From Clostridia bacterium (lineage in GTDB: Bacteria; Bacillota; Clostridia; UMGS1883): a DNA stretch of 64,000 nucleotides. Both the position numbers and the translations under genes were made by a program. The notes beneath the pieces were generated by a model that ran no database searches, was not told where the DNA came from, and saw nothing but the letters and a program-made list of their open reading frames with translations. The stretch lies in the NCBI GenBank assembly GCA_051866635.1, contig JBJDXJ010000038.1:32001-96000 (forward strand), written 5' to 3'. Below are positions 10,728 through 19,163 of the stretch, piece by piece (position 1 is the stretch's first letter; each line of letters opens with the position of its first letter).

Positions 10728-10897
10728 AAAAGGTCTGTAAAAAAAGTCTCTAAAGAAATAAGTTAAGACCATTTGGGACAGTCCTCCTTATGGCAAATTG
10801 GGAGACAATTTGCCAAAGAAACCTTGCGAGGTTTTGTTGGGACAGTCCCGAAATGGTCTTTTTGTTATCTCAGTGCTGACTTTTTTACAGCCCTTTT
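10728..10897. mobile_element. MITE-like structured repeat, copy 1
   Basis: Imperfect terminal inverted repeats AAAAGGTCTGTAAAAAAAGTC / GACTTTTTTACAGCCCTTTT; near-identical to 41244-41407. Confidence 0.75.
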
Positions 10898-11534
10898 AAA
10901 ATTTAAGCATGTATTTATTGCAAATAGGTGAAAGGGAAGATGGAGAAAATGCATATGCCACCGCATAGTCGCCGCAAGGCTCCATTTCACCCTGTGGTGA
11001 AACAACAGCTTTTACCAAGGTGCCGTCACTTTCATAAAAACCTACCAAAATCAGCTTATCCTCAGGCATGTACACATAATGTACGCTTACACTGTCTTTT
11101 CCGCTTAAGGTTATGACAGGGGTGGAAATACCCAGAATGTATCTTTTTACAGTTTCATAAATGGGAAGAAACTCCTCCGAAATTATACCATCCATAGCCT
11201 TTGTAACAGCATCGGGATAGGCTGCCATAAGTGCATCACGTACACCTATATTCCAGCGGTATTTAAAAGCTTCATTAATAGCGTCGTATATATGTTTGTC
11301 TATATTTCCCTCTGTCAGCTCTTCCGGAAGTTTTAAAAGATAATCCCTTACATCATCCATAAAACGTATAATTTTTGCTTCTGTGGTGCCTTCTGCAATG
11401 ATACTGTCAATAAATTCGGGGTAAAGAGTGTAACATTCCTCAAATGCACCTGTTGTGTCATAGTTTAAGGCAAAGACGGGAACAGATAAAAACATTGTTA
11501 AACATATAGCCGCAATAATTATTTTTTTTAACAT
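10896..11534 (-). CDS. secreted hypothetical protein
   Basis: Signal peptide MLKKIIIAAICLTMFLSVPVFA; AAGGTGG RBS. Confidence 0.8.
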   Translation of the reverse strand: MLKKIIIAAICLTMFLSVPVFALNYDTTGAFEECYTLYPEFIDSIIAEGTTEAKIIRFMDDVRDYLLKLPEELTEGNIDKHIYDAINEAFKYRWNIGVRDALMAAYPDAVTKAMDGIISEEFLPIYETVKRYILGISTPVITLSGKDSVSVHYVYMPEDKLILVGFYESDGTLVKAVVSPQGEMEPCGDYAVAYAFSPSSLSPICNKYMLKF

Positions 11535-11555
11535 GGTAACCACCTTTTTATTAGC

Positions 11556-11584
11556 AAAAAAGCGAGAGGTAATCCTCTCGCTTC
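11556..11584 (-). terminator. intrinsic terminator of rpmB
   Basis: AGCGAGAGG/CCTCTCGCT stem followed by a T run on the minus strand. Confidence 0.75.
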
Positions 11585-11608
11585 CTGTTTTCTCTCTCAA
11601 ATCCGCAC

Positions 11609-11797
11609 TTAGATAGCACGAACAATCTTTCCGCTGCGAAGGCAACGGCTGCACACATGGAGAGTCTTGGGAGTACCGTTTACAAGAGCCTTAACTGTTC
11701 TTACGTTAGCCTTCCATGTTCTGTTAGAACGACGATGAGAGTGGCTCACCTGGATACCGAAAGTAACGCCCTTAGCACATACATCACACTTTGCCAT
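11609..11797 (-). CDS. rpmB: 50S ribosomal protein L28
   Basis: MAKCDVCAKG..VSHSHRRSNRTWKANV..VCSRCLRSG. Confidence 0.97.
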   Translation of the reverse strand: MAKCDVCAKGVTFGIQVSHSHRRSNRTWKANVRTVKALVNGTPKTLHVCSRCLRSGKIVRAI

Positions 11798-11880
11798 ACC
11801 AATAAACCTCCTTAGCCAAAAGTCATAAATTAAGTTTTTGCGTTAGGCACAAAAACCGATTGTCAATTAATGCATTGCCT

Positions 11881-11909
11881 ATTGTAGCAAACAATCGGGA
11901 AAAATGCAA
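11881..11909 (-). promoter_or_regulatory. sigma-A promoter of rpmB
   Basis: TTGCAT-17 bp-TACAAT with TGn on the minus strand. Confidence 0.65.
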
Positions 11910-11969
11910 GAGTTTTTTTAAAAAAAGTAAAAAAATATTTTTTGTGTGCCTTTTGAAGGCTAAAATTCC

Positions 11970-11998
11970 TTGACGGATTGGGTATTTAGGTTTATAAT
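11970..11998 (+). promoter_or_regulatory. sigma-A promoter of leuC
   Basis: TTGACG-17 bp-TATAAT. Confidence 0.75.
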
Positions 11999-12046
11999 AA
12001 CATAAATATGCATTAAATATGTAGAAGACTTTTAGGAGGACTTTAT

Positions 12047-13306
12047 ATGGCACAGACAATGACACAAAAAATTCTTGCCGCAAAAAGCGGGCTGGAAAGT
12101 GTAAAAGCAGGGGACCTTGTCCTTATTAATCTTGACCTTGCAATGGCAAACGATGTAACAGGTCCTGTTGCGGTAAACGTTTTTGAAAATGGGAGACTTA
12201 CAATAACAGACCCCGATAAGGTTTGTTTTGTACTGGACCATTTTACACCTACAAAGGATATAAAAAGTGCCCAGAACTGCAAACAGGTAAGGGAGTTTTC
12301 AAAAAAGCACGGCATTAAAAAAATGTTTGAAGGCGGCTGTGCAGGTGTTGAACACGCACTCTTGCCCGAAAAAGGCATTGTTAAGGCAGGTGATGCCGTT
12401 ATCGGTGCAGACAGCCATACTTGTACATACGGTGCTTTAAACGCATTCAGCACAGGCGTAGGCTCCACAGATATGGCAATCGGCATGAGCAAGGCAAAGG
12501 CATGGATGAAGGTGCCTTCCGCCATATGCTTTAACCTTAAGGGCAATTTCAGTAAGGGCGTAAGCGGTAAAGACCTTATTTTATATATTATTTCAAAAAT
12601 CGGCGTTGACGGTGCACTTTACAAGTCAATGGAATTTGTGGGTGACGGTGTTTCTGCCCTTACTATGGATGACAGATTTACTATTGCAAACATGGCTATT
12701 GAAGCCGGTGCGAAGAACGGCATTTTCATTGCCGATGAAAAAACTGTAGAGTATATGAAAAATGCAGGTGTAGAAGAATATACAACTTATGAACCCGACA
12801 GCGATGCGCCTTATGACTATGTGATGGATATTGAATTGAGCGAAGTACCCTTTATGGTGGCATTCCCCCATCTTCCCTCCAACGGAAAGACTGCGAAAGA
12901 TGCTGAAAAACTGCACATTGAACTTAATCAGGTTGTAATCGGAAGCTGTACAAACGGACGTATTACAGACCTTCGCATTGCGGCAGATGTGTTAAAGGGC
13001 AAAAAGGTAAAGGAAGGCGTCAGGGTTATTGTTATCCCTGCAACACCTAAGATTTACAAGGAAGCCTTACATGAAGGTCTTATTGACATATTTATGGATG
13101 CAGGCTGTATTGTATCTCCTCCCACATGTGGTCCCTGTCTTGGCGGACACATGGGTATTCTGGCAGACGGAGAAAGAGCTATTGCAACAACAAACCGCAA
13201 CTTTGTGGGCAGAATGGGTCACGTTGAAAGTGAAGTTTACCTTGCTTCCCCCCTTGTTGCCGCAACAAGTGCTCTCACAGGCTATATAACAGCACCTGAA
13301 AACTGA
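12047..13306 (+). CDS. leuC: 3-isopropylmalate dehydratase large subunit
   Basis: [37 protein letters not shown]. Confidence 0.93.
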   Translation: MAQTMTQKILAAKSGLESVKAGDLVLINLDLAMANDVTGPVAVNVFENGRLTITDPDKVCFVLDHFTPTKDIKSAQNCKQVREFSKKHGIKKMFEGGCAGVEHALLPEKGIVKAGDAVIGADSHTCTYGALNAFSTGVGSTDMAIGMSKAKAWMKVPSAICFNLKGNFSKGVSGKDLILYIISKIGVDGALYKSMEFVGDGVSALTMDDRFTIANMAIEAGAKNGIFIADEKTVEYMKNAGVEEYTTYEPDSDAPYDYVMDIELSEVPFMVAFPHLPSNGKTAKDAEKLHIELNQVVIGSCTNGRITDLRIAADVLKGKKVKEGVRVIVIPATPKIYKEALHEGLIDIFMDAGCIVSPPTCGPCLGGHMGILADGERAIATTNRNFVGRMGHVESEVYLASPLVAATSALTGYITAPEN

Positions 13307-13320
13307 TAGGAGGAATTGTA

Positions 13321-13809
13321 ATGAACGTAAAAGGAAATGTTTTTAAATATGGCGATAACGTGGACACAGACGTTATCATTCCGGCAAGATACCTTAACAC
13401 TTCTGTGGAAAAGGAGCTTGCGGCACACTGTATGGAAGATATAGACAAAACTTTTATCACACGTGTTAATCAAGGTGATATTATGATCGGCGGATGGAAT
13501 TTCGGTTGCGGTTCCTCCCGTGAACACGCACCTATTGCCATAAAGGCAAGCGGTATTGACCTTATTATTGCAAAAAGCTTTGCACGTATTTTTTACCGCA
13601 ACTCTATAAATATCGGTCTCCCCATTTTGGAAAGCGAAGAATGTGTTAACGATGCAGAGGAAGGGGATATTATTGAAGCTGACCTTTCAAAGGGCATTAT
13701 TAAAAATGTTACAAAGGGTAAGGAATACTCCACAACGCCTTTCCCCGAATTTATCCAGGAAATTATAAATTGCGGCGGTCTTGTTGGCTACGCACAGAAA
13801 AAATTGTAA
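13321..13809 (+). CDS. leuD: 3-isopropylmalate dehydratase small subunit
   Basis: [34 protein letters not shown]. Confidence 0.95.
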   Translation: MNVKGNVFKYGDNVDTDVIIPARYLNTSVEKELAAHCMEDIDKTFITRVNQGDIMIGGWNFGCGSSREHAPIAIKASGIDLIIAKSFARIFYRNSINIGLPILESEECVNDAEEGDIIEADLSKGIIKNVTKGKEYSTTPFPEFIQEIINCGGLVGYAQKKL

Positions 13810-13836
13810 TTTACAGTCCACACAAAAAGAAAGAAG

Positions 13837-14904
13837 ATGTTAAAAATGATTAAAAATATAGCAGTTATTCCCGGTGACGGTATCGGTCCCGAGGTTGTAC
13901 GTGAAGCAATTAAGGTCCTTGATGCGGTAAATAAAAAGTTCGGTCATGAATTTAAGTATGAATATTTGCTTGCAGGCGGCTCTTCCATAGACGAATACGG
14001 AAAACCTCTTACAGAAGAAACCCTTGAAAAGGCAAAAGCCTCCGACAGCGTTCTTTTAGGTGCTGTTGGCGGTCCCAAGTGGGAAAATATCCCCGGCATA
14101 CGCCCCGAACAGGCACTTTTAGGGCTTCGTGGCGGTCTGAACCTTTATGCAAACCTCCGCCCTGCAATGATGTATAAAGAGCTTTCCGATGCTTCTCCTT
14201 TAAAGAGCGAAATTATCGGTGACGGTATTGATATTATGATTGTCCGTGAATTGACAGGCGGTATCTACTTTGGTGAAAGCGGAAGAAGTGAGGACGGAAA
14301 GAGTGCTTACGACACAGAAAAATATTCCGATTACGAAATAGAAAGGCTTCTTGTTCACGCTTTTGAAATTGCAATGAAGCGTAATAAGCATGTTACCGTT
14401 GTTGACAAGGCAAACGTTCTGGAATCTTCACGTCTCTGGCGTGAAGTTACAAAGAAGGTAGCACCCAATTACCCCGAGGTTACTGTTGACTATCTCTACG
14501 TTGACAATGCCTCCATGCAGCTTGTAAGAAACCCCAAGCAGTTTGACGTTATTGCAACAAGCAACATTTTCGGCGATATCCTTTCCGACGAAGCAAGCCA
14601 GATTACAGGTTCTATCGGTATGCTTCCCTCCGCATCTTTAGGCGAAGGTACTTTTGGTATGTATGAGCCTGTTCACGGTTCTGCTCCCGATATTGCAGGT
14701 GAAAACAAGGCAAATCCCTTGGCAACAATCCTTTCTGCGGCTATGATGCTCCGTTATTCCTTCGGCATGACAAAGGAAGCTGACTGTATTGAAAATGCAG
14801 TTGCAAAGGTTCTTTCTGACGGCATCAGAACAGGCGATATCGCAGGTGGCGGTGAATTTATCGGCTGTAAGGAAATGGGCGATGCTGTGGTAGAAAGATT
14901 ATGA
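13837..14904 (+). CDS. leuB: 3-isopropylmalate dehydrogenase
   Basis: [31 protein letters not shown]; alternative ATG at 13846. Confidence 0.96.
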   Translation: MLKMIKNIAVIPGDGIGPEVVREAIKVLDAVNKKFGHEFKYEYLLAGGSSIDEYGKPLTEETLEKAKASDSVLLGAVGGPKWENIPGIRPEQALLGLRGGLNLYANLRPAMMYKELSDASPLKSEIIGDGIDIMIVRELTGGIYFGESGRSEDGKSAYDTEKYSDYEIERLLVHAFEIAMKRNKHVTVVDKANVLESSRLWREVTKKVAPNYPEVTVDYLYVDNASMQLVRNPKQFDVIATSNIFGDILSDEASQITGSIGMLPSASLGEGTFGMYEPVHGSAPDIAGENKANPLATILSAAMMLRYSFGMTKEADCIENAVAKVLSDGIRTGDIAGGGEFIGCKEMGDAVVERL

Positions 14905-15395
14905 TAAAAAGTCTTTATCCAAAATTACACGTTGAAAATATAAAGAGCATCACTGCCTCCATACTTAAAGAAAAAGGTATGGAGGCTGTGGTGCTTGATA
15001 TAGATAATACTCTTGTACCTCACAATGACCCAAATCCCACAAAAGAGGTAATGGATTTTCTTTCGGACATGAAGGAAAATAACATAAAAATATGCGTTGT
15101 TTCAAACAATAACAAAAAAAGGGTTGAAAGCTTTGCAAAAAAAATCGGCATTGAATATTTTGTTGCCGATGCATTAAAACCCCGTGCCTACGGATATCTG
15201 GAAGCATCACGGATTATGGAGGTTTTGCCTTCTAAAACTGCGGCAATCGGGGACCAGCTTTTTACGGACATTTTAGGCGGTAACCGTGCAGGCTGCTATA
15301 GCGTGCTTGTTGACCCCATTGACCCAAAAAGCGAACCCTTTTATATAAAACTGAAACGTGTGTTGGAAAAGCTCTTTTTAAGAAAAGGTGTATAA
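14901..15395 (+). CDS. yqeG: YqeG-family HAD IIIA phosphatase
   Basis: LDIDNTL and [14 protein letters not shown] motifs; precedes aroE. Confidence 0.88.
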   Translation: MIKSLYPKLHVENIKSITASILKEKGMEAVVLDIDNTLVPHNDPNPTKEVMDFLSDMKENNIKICVVSNNNKKRVESFAKKIGIEYFVADALKPRAYGYLEASRIMEVLPSKTAAIGDQLFTDILGGNRAGCYSVLVDPIDPKSEPFYIKLKRVLEKLFLRKGV

Positions 15396-15397
15396 AG

Positions 15398-16738
15398 ATG
15401 AACATTACAGGTAAAACCATTCAGCTTGGTGTTATAGGCGACCCTGTTGAACACTCCATTTCACCACAGCTACACAATACAATGATTGAAAAAACACTTT
15501 TGGATTTTACATATAGTGCATATCACGTTAAAAAAGATGACTTGAAAAAGGCATTGGAGGGTATGCGTGCACTTAACATCCGCGGTTTTAATGTTACAAT
15601 CCCCCACAAACAGGAGGCCTTCCGTCTTTGTGACTGCGTTGACCCCTTTGCAGAAAAGATGGGTGCCTGTAACACCCTTTGCAATAAAAACGGTGTTATA
15701 AAAGGCTACAATACCGACGGCCCCGGCTTTATCCGTGCTTTGGAATACAAAGGTGTAGACGTAAAAGGCAAAAGCGTTGTCATTTTAGGTGCAGGCGGTG
15801 CCGCTTCAGGTGTTTTAATGGCAGTGGCAGATAGCGGTGCAAAAAAAATTACTGTTGTAAACAGAACATATGAAAAGGCAGAGGCACTGGCAGATAAGAT
15901 AAACAGCTATTACCCCTCCATAGCATGTGCATCTGACAGCTTTAATGATTGCGATATTTTAATAAACACCACAAGTGTAGGCATGAATTCATCCGAGTCC
16001 CCTATTGAAAATTTAACGGGACTTAATAAAGGCGGGGTTGTATGTGACATAGTTTACTGCCCCCGTGAAACAGCACTTTTAAAAATGGCAAGGGAAAAGG
16101 GCTTTAAAACAGTAGGCGGTATAGGTATGCTTATAAATCAGGCGGTAATTGCCTTTGAAATTTTTACGGGAGTAAAAGTTGACAAAGAAACCGTTGACTA
16201 TCTTTACCGCATGACAGAGCTTGAAAAAAGCATTGTTTTAACAGGGTTTATGGGAACAGGAAAGTCAACTGTGGGAAAAAGGCTTTGTGCTTTGACAGGT
16301 GCACAGTTTATTGATACCGATGCCTTGATTGAAGAAAAAGAAAATATGCCCATATCCGAAATTTTTGAAAAACACGGCGAGGAATATTTCCGTGATGTTG
16401 AATCTATGGTTATAAAAAGCCTTGCAGGAACAAAGGGCGCAGTCATATCCTTGGGCGGCGGTGCTGTAATAAGAGAGGAAAATATCAATATTTTAAGAGA
16501 AAAGGCAGTTGTCTTTTGCTTGCATGCAGACATTGAAAAGGTGTACAAAAACATCGGTGGTAACACTGATACACGCCCTCTTCTTTCAGGTAAAACAATG
16601 GAGGAAGCACAAAAACTTTTAGACTCAAGACGTGAAAAATACAAAAATTGTGATGTGACAGTCGATGTAACTGAAATGGAAAAGGAAGAAGCGGCAGACA
16701 GAATACTTGAAATTTACATGAAAATGATAGAAGGCTGA
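15398..16738 (+). CDS. aroE: bifunctional shikimate dehydrogenase / shikimate kinase fusion
   Basis: N-terminal HSISP, NVTIPHK, GYNTDG, GAGGAA; C-terminal GFMGTGKST, GEEYFR, SLGGG, RPLL. Confidence 0.92.
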   Translation: MNITGKTIQLGVIGDPVEHSISPQLHNTMIEKTLLDFTYSAYHVKKDDLKKALEGMRALNIRGFNVTIPHKQEAFRLCDCVDPFAEKMGACNTLCNKNGVIKGYNTDGPGFIRALEYKGVDVKGKSVVILGAGGAASGVLMAVADSGAKKITVVNRTYEKAEALADKINSYYPSIACASDSFNDCDILINTTSVGMNSSESPIENLTGLNKGGVVCDIVYCPRETALLKMAREKGFKTVGGIGMLINQAVIAFEIFTGVKVDKETVDYLYRMTELEKSIVLTGFMGTGKSTVGKRLCALTGAQFIDTDALIEEKENMPISEIFEKHGEEYFRDVESMVIKSLAGTKGAVISLGGGAVIREENINILREKAVVFCLHADIEKVYKNIGGNTDTRPLLSGKTMEEAQKLLDSRREKYKNCDVTVDVTEMEKEEAADRILEIYMKMIEG

Positions 16739-16741
16739 AAA

Positions 16742-17416
16742 ATGAGAACTATCGCAGAAAATATTGAATTTGTAAAAAACGAAATAGAAGAAGCAAAGAA
16801 AAGAGCTGAAAGAAAAGATGATGTTACCCTTATTGCCGTAACAAAAACCTTCCCCGTGGAGGATATACGGGAGGCAGAAATGGCAGGGATTACTCTTTTC
16901 GGTGAAAACCGTGTCCAGGAAATGATGGAAAAGTTTGACTATTTTCCAAATGCATCATGGCATCTTATAGGTCATTTGCAGAAAAACAAGGTAAAATACG
17001 TTGTGGGAAAGGCTTGTCTTATCCATTCCGTTGATTCTTACGAGCTTCTTAGTGAAATTAACCGTGTTGCCGAAAAAAAGGGTATAATTCAAAATGTGCT
17101 TTTAGAAGTAAATATATCGGGAGAAAAGAGCAAATATGGTTTGACAACAGAGGAAATAACAGATATAATAAGTAGGATGGGGGAACTTGTAAACACCCGC
17201 ATTAAAGGTTTTATGACAATGGCCCCGAAATGCGATAATGCAGAAGAAGTAAGATGGGTGTTCAAAAAGGCAAAAGAGCTTTTTGAATATTACAAAAAAG
17301 ACAATTCTTCGATTGACACTCTTTCAATGGGTATGAGTAACGACTATACCGTTGCCGTTGAAGAAGGGGCAACAATGGTCAGAGTAGGTTCTTCCATTTT
17401 CGGAAAAAGAAATTAA
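16742..17416 (+). CDS. yggS: PLP homeostasis protein YggS/YlmE
   Basis: IAVTKT, FGENRVQE, WHLIGHLQKNK, LSMGMSND, VRVGSSIFG. Confidence 0.95.
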   Translation: MRTIAENIEFVKNEIEEAKKRAERKDDVTLIAVTKTFPVEDIREAEMAGITLFGENRVQEMMEKFDYFPNASWHLIGHLQKNKVKYVVGKACLIHSVDSYELLSEINRVAEKKGIIQNVLLEVNISGEKSKYGLTTEEITDIISRMGELVNTRIKGFMTMAPKCDNAEEVRWVFKKAKELFEYYKKDNSSIDTLSMGMSNDYTVAVEEGATMVRVGSSIFGKRN

Positions 17417-17433
17417 CAGAAGGAGAAATAGTT

Positions 17434-17892
17434 ATGTCAGTGATGGATTCCATAAAGAAATTTGTATTTCCTGCCGTTGATGATATTGACGATGAATACG
17501 AAGACGAGGCATCAGTAAAGCCTCAGGGTGCACCAAAAGCCCCCATTAAAGAGGAATTTTCCGCAACAGGCGTAAAAAAAGGCAAGGTTGTACGTTTTAA
17601 CACAGGTGCAATTTCTCAGATTGTAGTTGTAAAGCTTGACTCAAATTCAGGCGTAAAGGTTATTATCGATAATTTGAAAAACAATATCCCCGTAATTTTT
17701 AATATTGCACGTCTTGACAGAAGTGATGCAGTAAGGGTAGTGGATGTTGTTTACGGTGCATCCTACGGTCTTGAAGGCAGTATGCAGAAGGTGAGCAATG
17801 ATATTTTCGTTGTAGCACCCCACAATATGGAAATTACAGGCGATATCGCCGAAAAAATCCTGGGTGTTGACGATTTTTCATGGGATGTGTAA
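17434..17892 (+). CDS. sepF: cell division protein SepF
   Basis: Position yggS-X-ylmH-divIVA; SepF-like C-terminus RVVDVVYGASYGLEGSMQKVSNDIFVVAP. Confidence 0.85.
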   Translation: MSVMDSIKKFVFPAVDDIDDEYEDEASVKPQGAPKAPIKEEFSATGVKKGKVVRFNTGAISQIVVVKLDSNSGVKVIIDNLKNNIPVIFNIARLDRSDAVRVVDVVYGASYGLEGSMQKVSNDIFVVAPHNMEITGDIAEKILGVDDFSWDV

Positions 17893-18657
17893 ATGAATAA
17901 CCGTGAAAAATTCCTGTCATCCCTGGAAAAGGATGATAAGGAAACATTGGCAAAGGTTTTTGACAAATCTCAGCTTTGTTTGAAAATAGGCAGGGAAACG
18001 TTCACCTCCTTTTTGTCAGAGAGGGAATATTCTCTCGTGCTTGAAAGACAAAAGAATATTGACTCTGTTCCCTTCTACGCCTTTGGTGGCTTTACGGGGG
18101 CAGGACGGGTTATGCTGTGCTTTGGTGAAGAAGAGGCACCCTTCCCCATAAGTGCAATAACCATTACAGGTAAAGGTATTGAAAAATTAAAGCACCCCGA
18201 CTTTTTAGGCAGTCTTATGAGCATGGGGATTGAACGCCACAGCTTAGGCGACATTGTCATGGGTACAGACAGGTGCGTTGTATTTGCCGAAGATGCAATT
18301 GCCGGGTATATTGCAACGAATTTAACTATGGTTGGCGGTGTATATGTGGAATGTAGTGTTTCGCCATCATATGATGTGGAAATTACACATACCTTTGAAG
18401 AAATCTCAGGTACGGTGGCATCCCTTCGTGCTGACAGCGTTGTAAGCGTAATGCTTAAATCCTCAAGAAGCAAGGCTGTGGAATATATCGAAGGACAGAA
18501 ATTTTTCTTAAACCAAATCTTATGCACAAAATGCGATAAAGAAATTAAAGAAAATGATATTTTAACAGTCCGTCATCACGGCAAGGCAAAGGTTTGTGAT
18601 ATATCGGGCAGAAGCAAAAAAGGGCGTATTTTTGTAAAACTTGAAAAATATATGTGA
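17893..18657 (+). CDS. ylmH: YlmH-family S4-domain RNA-binding protein
   Basis: HPDFLGSLMSMGIER, VASLRAD, SRSKA motifs. Confidence 0.88.
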   Translation: MNNREKFLSSLEKDDKETLAKVFDKSQLCLKIGRETFTSFLSEREYSLVLERQKNIDSVPFYAFGGFTGAGRVMLCFGEEEAPFPISAITITGKGIEKLKHPDFLGSLMSMGIERHSLGDIVMGTDRCVVFAEDAIAGYIATNLTMVGGVYVECSVSPSYDVEITHTFEEISGTVASLRADSVVSVMLKSSRSKAVEYIEGQKFFLNQILCTKCDKEIKENDILTVRHHGKAKVCDISGRSKKGRIFVKLEKYM

Positions 18658-18668
18658 GGAGGGCTATT

Positions 18669-19163
18669 ATGCTTACACCACTTGAAATTCAGAAAATTGA
18701 ATTTAAAAAGAAAATGGGCAAGTACGTAGCAAACGATGTTGATGAAATCTTAGGCGTAATTTCTGCCGACTATGAAACTTTGTACAAGGAAAATATAAAG
18801 CTTCGTGATAAGCTGGAAGTTTTAGAGGATTTGGTCAACAAGTACAAGACCATGGAGGACACAATGCGTGATACCCTTGTTGTGGCACAGAAGGCTGCCG
18901 ATGATTTGGCAAAGGGTGCCACACAAAAGGCTGAAAACATAATCGCCCGTGCAGAAAAAGAAGCTGAAATGATTTGCGAAGGTGCACGTATCAAAGCAAA
19001 TCAGACCTTCAGCGAAAGTGAAAAGCTGAAAAATGATATTTATACATACAGTGTACAGGTTGAAAACATATTGAATGCACAAAAACAGCTTGTGGCACAG
19101 ATTCTTAATTTAAGGAGTGATAGTAATGGATTACAGTCAGACGCTGAATCTTCCGAAAACTGA
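18669..19163 (+). CDS. divIVA: DivIVA-domain protein
   Basis: MLTPLEIQKIEFKK N-terminus and coiled coil; GAGGAGG RBS. Confidence 0.9.
   Translation: MLTPLEIQKIEFKKKMGKYVANDVDEILGVISADYETLYKENIKLRDKLEVLEDLVNKYKTMEDTMRDTLVVAQKAADDLAKGATQKAENIIARAEKEAEMICEGARIKANQTFSESEKLKNDIYTYSVQVENILNAQKQLVAQILNLRSDSNGLQSDAESSEN

Noticed and set aside
10790-10835. GGCAAA...CAAAG in the repeat resembles the start of a c-di-GMP-I riboswitch
   Set aside because: GGCAAATTG pairs fully with CAATTTGCC, the GACGCAAAG and P3 motifs are missing, and copy 1 lies between convergent gene ends
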